Notes under the pieces: generated by a model
Databases searched by the model: none
Seen by the model: only the letters and a program-made list of their open reading frames with translations
What the model was told of the DNA's origin: nothing
Shown: positions 57,439 to 64,000 of the stretch, in pieces
Numbering within the stretch: position 1 is the first letter of the stretch
Layout: every line of letters starts with the position of its first letter
Made by a program: the position numbers and the translations under genes
DNA from: an uncultured Gemmatimonadaceae bacterium
Lineage (GTDB): Bacteria > Gemmatimonadota > Gemmatimonadetes > Gemmatimonadales > Gemmatimonadaceae
Assembly (NCBI GenBank): GCA_963790305.1
Contig: CAWBOC010000010.1
Location: 320,001-384,000, forward strand
Reading direction: 5' to 3'
Length of the DNA stretch: 64,000 bases

Positions 57439-59168
57439 GCGCGGGCGCGGCGCGACCTGGCGCGCTCGACGATGGCGTCGGCGTCCCACGTGTTGAGCAC
57501 ATCGGAGGGCTCGAGCCAGCCCTTCCGCGCGATGCCGACGCCGATCTCGGTGACATCCAGCCCCGCCGTCGAGTGCGCATCGGGACCGATTGCGACCGTG
57601 ACGCCTCGCTGCTTGGCGGCCTGACAGGTCTGCCAGTCGATGTCGAGGCGATGCGGGTCGGCATTCAGCTCGACGACGACGCCCAGCTCGGCCGCCTTGT
57701 CGAGCACCGCCTCCATGTCGATCGCGTACGGCTCACGCGTCAGCAGCAAACGCCCGGTCGGGTGGCCGAGAATCGTGAGGTGCGGGTTGTCGAGCGCCTT
57801 GAGGACGCGATCGGTCATTGCCGCCCGATCCATCCCGAATCGCGAGTGCACCGACCCGATGACGAAGTCGAAGCGCTCGAGGATCTCGTCGTCGTAATCG
57901 ACGCGCCCGTCGGCGAGAATGTCGGCCTCGATGCCTTTGAGGATCTTGATTCCATCGAGCGTCTCGTTGATGCGATCGATCTCCTCGTGCTGCGCGACGA
58001 GCGCTTCGCGCGACACCCCGCCGGCGTAGAACGCCGACTCGGAGTGATCGGAGATGCCGATGTAGCTCCACCCGCGCGCCTTCGCCGCCGCCGCCATCTC
58101 GGCGATCGTCGCCTTGCCGTCCGAGTACTGCGAGTGGCAGTGGAGGACACCCTTGATGTCGGCATAGGCGATGAGCGACGGGAGCGCGCGTCGTGAGGCG
58201 GCGTCCAGCTCACCCCGGCCTTCGCGCAGCTCCGGCTCGATGTAGGGCAGCCCGAGCGCGTCGTAGAACGCGACTTCGTCGGGAATCGGAAGGACGTTGC
58301 CGCTGGCGTCCCGCAGCTCATCCTCGGCGAGTGTGAAGCCGCGCTCCGACGCGTGCGCGCGAAGCTCGGTCGTGTGCGACTCGCTTCCCGTGGCGCGCCA
58401 GAGTGCGATGCCGAAGCGCTGCGGCTCCACGCAATGCAGATCGAGTACGGTCCCGTCCACATAACGAATGCAGAGTGATCGTCCCCCCGCGCCGACCACA
58501 TCGCGCACGCCGCCGGCGCGGGCGAACGAGGCGGCGACCGAGGCCGGCGTCTCGCGGCAGGCAGCGACGATGTCGACGTCGCGGACGGTCTCGCGGCGCC
58601 GACGAATCGAGCCCGCGACGAGCGCGCGCTCGACCTCGGGGTGGGCTTCGACCATCGCGAGGAGGCGTCGCGCCTCGATGACCGCGTGCGGGTAGAGGAT
58701 GTAGGCGTTCGTCGACCGCAGGTATCCGATCCCCTTGAGGAGCTTCTCGGCGGTCTTGGGTCCGAAGCCCTTGAGCTTCGCCAGGCGCCCGTCGCGCGCG
58801 GCTTCCTCGAGCTCCTGAACGGTCGAGATGCCGAGCCCTTCGTGGAGCGTGTGGATCTTCGAGATGCCGAGTCCGGGGACGCGGAGCATCTCGAGGAGGC
58901 CTTCCGGCGTCTGCTCGCGGAGCTGGTCGAAGTAGCGCGACTCGCCCGTCTCGCACAGGTCGGCGAGGACGCCGAGCGTGGCCGGCCCGATCCCTTTGAG
59001 CTTGGCGAGGGAGCCATCGCGGTGCATGGGGCAGAGGTCGTCGGTGACGACCTCGAGGACGGCCGAGGCCGCCGAGCGGTATGCGCGCGCCTTGAAGCGG
59101 TTCTCCCCGCTGAGCTCGAGGAGGTCGCTGATCTGGGTGAGGACGTGGGCGGCGGTGCGGGGATCCAT
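57435..59168 (-). CDS. polX: DNA polymerase X with C-terminal PHP domain
   Basis: GENRFKARAY, GIGP, GSIRR.RETVRDVD, TGS..H, IEPELRE, PHP motifs HCHS, DHS, GHPTGR, DAH. Confidence 0.95.
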   Translation of the reverse strand: MDPRTAAHVLTQISDLLELSGENRFKARAYRSAASAVLEVVTDDLCPMHRDGSLAKLKGIGPATLGVLADLCETGESRYFDQLREQTPEGLLEMLRVPGLGISKIHTLHEGLGISTVQELEEAARDGRLAKLKGFGPKTAEKLLKGIGYLRSTNAYILYPHAVIEARRLLAMVEAHPEVERALVAGSIRRRRETVRDVDIVAACRETPASVAASFARAGGVRDVVGAGGRSLCIRYVDGTVLDLHCVEPQRFGIALWRATGSESHTTELRAHASERGFTLAEDELRDASGNVLPIPDEVAFYDALGLPYIEPELREGRGELDAASRRALPSLIAYADIKGVLHCHSQYSDGKATIAEMAAAAKARGWSYIGISDHSESAFYAGGVSREALVAQHEEIDRINETLDGIKILKGIEADILADGRVDYDDEILERFDFVIGSVHSRFGMDRAAMTDRVLKALDNPHLTILGHPTGRLLLTREPYAIDMEAVLDKAAELGVVVELNADPHRLDIDWQTCQAAKQRGVTVAIGPDAHSTAGLDVTEIGVGIARKGWLEPSDVLNTWDADAIVERARSRRARA

Positions 59169-59188
59169 GGCCGGAAATATAGCCCTCC

Positions 59189-59218
59189 TTGACTTCGGTG
59201 ATTTCTTCGGGCTACTCT
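59189..59218 (+). promoter_or_regulatory. Sigma70-like promoter containing a CTTCGG-N6-CTTCGG direct repeat (candidate operator)
   Basis: TTGACT (59189)-N18-TACTCT (59213); direct repeats at 59193-59198 and 59205-59210; GAGGAGG RBS at 59232. Confidence 0.5.
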
Positions 59219-59243
59219 CGGAGCCCGGCTTGAGGAGGTGCAC

Positions 59244-59822
59244 GTGCCAAAATCAGACCTGCCGATCGGCGGGGAGTACGCACCCGTGGCCGATCGGATC
59301 GCGCTCTTCTACGAGCGCTTCCCGGCGGGACGGATCATCACCCAGCTCACCATGCACAACCAGCGCGAGGTGGTGTTCCGCGCCAGCGTGTATCGGACGG
59401 AGAAGTCGCGCACTCCGGCGGCGACGGGGTGGGCGAGCGAGCGGATCGGCGATGGGGACATCAACACCGTCGCCTGCCTCGAGAATACGGAGACGTCGGC
59501 GATCGGGCGGGCGCTGGCGAATCTGGGGTTCACGGCGTCGAAGAACCGGCCGAGCCTCGAGGAGATGGAGAAGGCGGCGAGGGCCCGTACGCGGATGGTG
59601 CTCGCCGATCGGTATCAGGGGCCAGCGAGCGATACGCTCGAGGACGTGCTGACGCTGGTTCGAAGCGCTGAGCGATATGGTCTCCGCACTCGCAGGGCGA
59701 CCTGGCTTCGGACCCGGATCCGGCGTGGCCTGTTCACACCCGCTCAGTTGGAGCGCCTCTCCCGCACACTCCGTCGCTGGGTTCGAGCTGACATGGTTCA
59801 GGTCGTCCAATCGCGCTCGTAG
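59244..59822 (+). CDS. Phage-type Rad52/Sak-like single-strand annealing protein homolog (putative)
   Basis: Y.PVA.RI..F....P.GRI.T, V.FRA.VY, ATG.A.E, LEN.ETSAIGRALANLG, which parallels the Rad52-family TDA.KRAL..FG helix; strong RBS before the GTG. Confidence 0.6.
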   Translation: MPKSDLPIGGEYAPVADRIALFYERFPAGRIITQLTMHNQREVVFRASVYRTEKSRTPAATGWASERIGDGDINTVACLENTETSAIGRALANLGFTASKNRPSLEEMEKAARARTRMVLADRYQGPASDTLEDVLTLVRSAERYGLRTRRATWLRTRIRRGLFTPAQLERLSRTLRRWVRADMVQVVQSRS

Positions 59823-59960
59823 ACGAGTACGCGTGGTCGCCGGCGGGGCGTGTCACCACCTCGCATCTAACAGGCGTCCCGCGGATGCGTAGCCAGACGA
59901 GCCAGTCGACGCCGACAAAGCACGACACGGGGATGAGGATGACGAACGGGAGGCGGTGGG

Positions 59961-60732
59961 GTGCTGCGAGCGTACAGAGAGGCGAGCGACGACGCGGTGG
60001 TTCGCGCGATGCGCGCCGGTGAGGAGCCAGCGATGCGCGAGTTCATCGAGAGGTATCAAACTCTCGTGTTGGTGCAGGCGCGCCGTTTTCGAGTTCCGGA
60101 CGACGAGCGTCAACACTGGACGGCCGAGGCGCTGTACGATGTGGCGCTCTCGCTGATCCGTTCAACGCGTCCGGTGCCGACATCGCTGCCCGGATATCTG
60201 ATCGCGGCCTGTCGTCGAAAAGCCATGATGAGTCAGCGCGCTCGCCGTTCCCGCATGGTGCGAGAGGCGGCCGTTGCGGGCAACGTGGGCGGAGAGCGGG
60301 TCATTGTTGGGACGTGTTCCGAAGACAGCCTTCGCCAGGCGCGCGGTCCAGCGCGCGAGGAGTCGTCGCTGCCCTTGGTCCTCGAGCGCTTGGTGGACGC
60401 GCTCGACGATCGGCTGGATACGAGCGAGAGAACGCTACTCTCGTGGATCGGGGCAACGGGTTCCCTATAGCACCATGGCCACCTGGCTCGAGATCAGCCG
60501 CTCGGCCGTGATCAAGCGCGCCATGCGACTGCGAGTTCGATTGCTTGGCGTGGCGATGGAGTTCGGCCAGACACTCGATACGGCGGACCGGCAGGAGTTG
60601 GTGCGGTTCTTTCGGCGCACCGGCGCGCTCGACGCCATTGCCCTGGCCCGCCTGGAGAACAGTGAGCACGCGGTGGATTCCCGCCGATCGTCGACAGTTT
60701 CCGTACGGGGCGTACCTCAGGAGGACGGCTAG
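59961..60732 (+). CDS. Divergent ECF-like sigma factor with C-terminal extension, split by a +1 frameshift at about 60450
   Basis: SDDAVV.AMRAG.E.A..EFIERY and SLPGYLIAACRRKA (region 2-like). Deleting one G of ATCGGGG gives region 4 HTH QRVPYSTMATWLEISRSAVIKRAMRLRVRL. Start uncertain. Confidence 0.7.
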
Positions 60733-60734
60733 CC

Positions 60735-61466
60735 ATGGACGACCGCGATGCAGTGTTTCAGCGCGAGCAGCTCGACAGACTGGAATCCGCGAGCGACCCA
60801 TTGATCGACGTCATCGGATATCTGGAATCCCTTCGACCGATCTCACCCGCGTTTACCGATGAGCGGTTCGTCACCTGGGTCGCGCAAGAAGGGCGCATGC
60901 CTGCAAGCGCCGCTGAGGCGCTTCCACCTGAGGCGGTCGCCACCCTCGCGAGAAGGATCCGCCTGACGGCGGCGGCCGAGCAATCGGGCATGTACCTGGT
61001 GGATCAGCTTCCCGAGCAGGTGGCTGTGCGCGCTGGGTGGCCGGTGAGCTCCGCCATTGTCGAGCTCGCGAGAAATCGTCAGGCAGCTGTGGTCGACCTC
61101 GCCATCGCGGCCGGCACGGGACGCGAGCTCTGGGATGCGGAGTGCGAGAGTGCAGTGGCGGTGCCGGAGGTGCTTCCGCGAGGTGAGTACGTCGCGCTCA
61201 CCGTGAGCGGTGACAGCATGGAGCCGCTGCTGCACTCCGGAGATCTCGTGCTCGTCAAGCGCAGTGGAGAGCTCAAGTCCGGCGCCATTGTCGTGATGCG
61301 GGACACCGATGCGGGATACGTCGTGAAGAAGGTGGGTCGAATCGAGACCCGTTCGGTGGAATTGCTCTCGCTGAATCCGGCCTACGGCCGCCGGCGGGTT
61401 CGACGGACGCGCAGCTCGGTGCTTGGAACGGTCTTGTTACGATGGTGCCAACACGGTGGGACCTGA
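60735..61466 (+). CDS. S24 (LexA/UmuD-type) autopeptidase with a non-HTH N-terminal domain
   Basis: AAG cleavage site (A126-G127), GDSM (S161), VVKK (K198), LLSLNPAY. Confidence 0.88.
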   Translation: MDDRDAVFQREQLDRLESASDPLIDVIGYLESLRPISPAFTDERFVTWVAQEGRMPASAAEALPPEAVATLARRIRLTAAAEQSGMYLVDQLPEQVAVRAGWPVSSAIVELARNRQAAVVDLAIAAGTGRELWDAECESAVAVPEVLPRGEYVALTVSGDSMEPLLHSGDLVLVKRSGELKSGAIVVMRDTDAGYVVKKVGRIETRSVELLSLNPAYGRRRVRRTRSSVLGTVLLRWCQHGGT

Positions 61467-61509
61467 CGGAGTCACCAGGCCGCATTCTCTGAAGGCAGGA
61501 GGTGCCCTT

Positions 61510-62043
61510 GTGATCCAGCAGAGCATACCAAGCACTTCGTTCTTCACGAATGATGTTGCCGGCCTCATCAAGGTTCTGGTGACCATCGTTGTCCCGACCA
61601 CGGCCGCTATTGTCGCCAGTGTGTGGAAGTTCATGCGCGGGGACCTGCAGGCGGCTGATGCTCGTCTCCATGAGGCTGTCGAGCGCGGAGACGCAGGAAT
61701 CCGTCGTGACATCGACGGGCTCGGGACGCGCGTCGGCGCGTTCGAAACCCGCCAGACCGAGCTCGAGGGCCAGGTACGAGGGATGAGCGATCTCGTTCAG
61801 GCCCAGGCACGCGAGCTCGCGCTGGTCGCGTCGGCTCATGGGACGATCGATCGCCGGCTCATGGAATTGCGAGACGTGAACGAAGGCTTGAGGGCGTCGC
61901 TCACGGCCGCGATCCACTCTGCCGGGCGCGAGTCGACGCATGAAATCGCGCAAGTGCGTGAGCGCCTGGCGATGATCGAAAAGGTGGCGGCGCTAGTCGA
62001 GCGTGGCGTCATGAGGCATGGCACGCGCGATCGGTCGCGATGA
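61510..62043 (+). CDS. Hypothetical membrane-anchored coiled-coil protein
   Basis: AGGAGG RBS before GTG at 61510; one TM helix, then a heptad-like helix. Confidence 0.65.
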   Translation: MIQQSIPSTSFFTNDVAGLIKVLVTIVVPTTAAIVASVWKFMRGDLQAADARLHEAVERGDAGIRRDIDGLGTRVGAFETRQTELEGQVRGMSDLVQAQARELALVASAHGTIDRRLMELRDVNEGLRASLTAAIHSAGRESTHEIAQVRERLAMIEKVAALVERGVMRHGTRDRSR

Positions 62044-62057
62044 TGTCGCGTGCGGGA

Positions 62058-62841
62058 CTATCCGTGCTCGACGACGGTGTGCGCCAGGTGCGTCTGCCCC
62101 TCGGCGCTCGACCCATCGGCGGCGCGCAGCGAATCGTGATGGACATCAAGGTGATGGAGAGCCCGAATGACGAGCGCCTCGAGCTCGCTCGTCGTCGCGA
62201 GCGTGCGATACCCCTTCTTCTCTCCACCGGGAATTGCGCTCGCGAACGGATGCCCTTCGTCTCGCCACGGCCGATGCGCGATCTCGTGCACCTCCGTCGG
62301 CGTGAGATCGGTGCGATAGGACACGAGCGACACACCCGGCCGATCCGCCCGCAAGCCTAACACCAGCTGCAATCCTGAGATGGGCGCCGGCGCCTGGCGC
62401 CGGCTCCGTGTCATCGACGACAACGAAGCACCCATCGACCGGCTCGTAAGGCGACTCCGCCGTCACCCGCGACCACAGGCGCTGATACGGAAACTGGAGA
62501 TAGCACGCGGGCGGTCCCGCGAACGTCCAGTTGCCGACGTCGTACTCCTGCCTCCGTCAGCTCGCTTCGTCACCGATCTCCGAGAAGGAATACAGGCGAC
62601 AACCAAACTCCCAGAACTGATAGCCCTGATACACGAACTCGGCGTACTCCTCCATCGCGTCGGGATCGGCGTCATCGCTCACGAAGTGCTCGAGCGCCGC
62701 ACCCACGTGGCCGAGCAGCACGAACTGATCGCGCCGACGCGTGTCGGTGCCACGCTGCGTCGCCTCGGCGCGGATCGCGGGGAAGGCGACCGCCTCGAGC
62801 GACTCGAGAAACATTTCGTATGGGGTGATTCGCGCGCTCAT
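62058..62841 (-). CDS. Hypothetical protein broken by several frameshifts
   Basis: Coding-like segments continue across ORFs 62557..62847, 62146..62466 and 62058..62435 (MSARITPYE...; YLQFPYQRLWSRV; LQLVLGLRADRPG...EHG*). Confidence 0.55.
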
Positions 62842-62863
62842 GATCATTGAGCGCGGGCAGGGT

Positions 62864-63328
62864 TCATGCCTGCGGCGCTTCGACTCCGGCGGCGGCTCTG
62901 AGCCGGCGCACCAGCTGGTGGAGCTGCTGCTCCGTGAAGTCGATCTCCTGTGCGGCCCCTTCGAGATCGAGCAATCCTGCGCGCATCGAGACCGAGAGCT
63001 GATTGAGGTAGCGAACCTTCGCCAGGATCTCTTCCGTCACCTTCCGCAACATGGGGAAGCGCCGCTTGTTCGACAGCGCGCGACGGCACCGGGCATTCAG
63101 CTCATGCTGCGAGTACCCACGCGCAATGGCGATGACGTCTTCCTTCGTTCGGCCGGTCAGATACCCACGATCCGGCGTTCCTGCGTCATCCCAATCATCT
63201 TCGGCGAACCAGAGGCGACCGACGAACTCGAGGCCGTCGTACGCGATGCGTACGGCGACGTTGTACCGCTTGCCGTTCACCTCAATGGTGCCGACGTGCG
63301 GCTGAATGGCCTCGTTCATCGTACGCAT
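62864..63328 (-). CDS. Hypothetical protein
   Basis: GAGG RBS; YDGLEFVGRLWF beta region, then a helical C-terminus; operonic spacing. Confidence 0.7.
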   Translation of the reverse strand: MRTMNEAIQPHVGTIEVNGKRYNVAVRIAYDGLEFVGRLWFAEDDWDDAGTPDRGYLTGRTKEDVIAIARGYSQHELNARCRRALSNKRRFPMLRKVTEEILAKVRYLNQLSVSMRAGLLDLEGAAQEIDFTEQQLHQLVRRLRAAAGVEAPQA

Positions 63329-63329
63329 C

Positions 63330-64000
63330 TCACCTCACCTGGACCGGCGCCGTCTCGAGAAAGCGCTCGATCTCGCGGAATAACGTCTCTGGCTCCTCCA
63401 CATATGGCACGTGACCGCTCTGCTCGAGCACCACGAGGCGCGCATCGGGAAGCGCGCTGGCAAGCGCCTCGGAAGCCTCGAGCGGAATGGGGTCGTGCCG
63501 CCCATGCAAAATCAGCACGGGAATTTCTACCTGTTCGACGCGCTGCAAGAGGTCGAAGTCACCAAGACTTTCCCACACTTGCTGTTGGACGCGGCCGATC
63601 ACGCGGAACGGGGTGAGGTCCCGAGCGCGCGCGGGGTCGGCGAAGTAGCCGGCGACTGACAGCTCGAAGGCGCGTTGGCGATAGGCATCTGGATCACGCT
63701 CGCGGAGCCCTGATTGCGCCAGCTCCTCCCTGAGCCGCAGAACGGATGCGCCCGATTGCCGCTCGCTGAAATTGGCCTCGAATTGGGCGCGATAAGCACG
63801 GGTCACCGGAGCGGGATCGATCAGGATGAGACGCGCTGGAACGGGGGTGGCCTCGTCTCGCCGCTCGAATGCCTCCACCGTGTAGAGCGTGGCGAGCAGC
63901 CCGCCCCACGAGTAGCCAACGAGCGACAACGGCTCCCCGACAAGCTCTCGTATGACGAGGCCGAGATCGGCGACGTGGGTCTCCCAGGTGATCGGGGAGC
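63330..64000 (-). CDS. Alpha/beta hydrolase (proline iminopeptidase-like), 5' end outside the window
   Basis: GYSWGG nucleophile elbow, PVLILHGRHD, SGHVPYVE. Confidence 0.88.
   Translation of the reverse strand, partial: SPITWETHVADLGLVIRELVGEPLSLVGYSWGGLLATLYTVEAFERRDEATPVPARLILIDPAPVTRAYRAQFEANFSERQSGASVLRLREELAQSGLRERDPDAYRQRAFELSVAGYFADPARARDLTPFRVIGRVQQQVWESLGDFDLLQRVEQVEIPVLILHGRHDPIPLEASEALASALPDARLVVLEQSGHVPYVEEPETLFREIERFLETAPVQVR

Noticed and set aside
60735..61466. Calling the S24 protein LexA, a phage CI repressor or UmuD
   Set aside because: No recognisable HTH, no umuC partner and no prophage genes; the N-terminal region is far longer than in UmuD.
59244..62043. Prophage remnant
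   Set aside because: No integrase, structural or lysis genes and no att-like repeats are visible.

Overview
GC-rich bacterial chromosomal window, probably Gemmatimonadota (inferred from gene content). It holds about 55 protein-coding genes: leuS, kup, an hcrCAB-like molybdenum-enzyme operon, tldD/tldE, an ECF sigma/anti-sigma/Spy-like/TolC/MacA/MacB-like envelope operon, a lipoprotein serpin, several secreted peptidases, and ppi-nth-polX. I found no rRNA, tRNA, CRISPR array or transposase. Two things stand out. (1) At 56.7-62 kb a DNA-repair locus pairs a divergent ECF-like sigma factor with a LexA-type S24 autopeptidase. The peptidase keeps the Ala-Gly cleavage site and Ser/Lys dyad at LexA spacing but has no recognisable HTH. 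The pair follows a Rad52/Sak-like annealase gene and is transcribed divergently from polX-nth, so it may be a RecA-triggered self-cleaving anti-sigma DNA-damage switch. (2) Four families of small palindromic elements built from 7- or 9-mer tandem repeats (12 copies) are dispersed through the window. Their ends often supply the stop codons of neighbouring genes, and one copy is translated across the hcrC/hcrA junction. Several single-base frameshifts in otherwise intact genes probably reflect long-read assembly errors.
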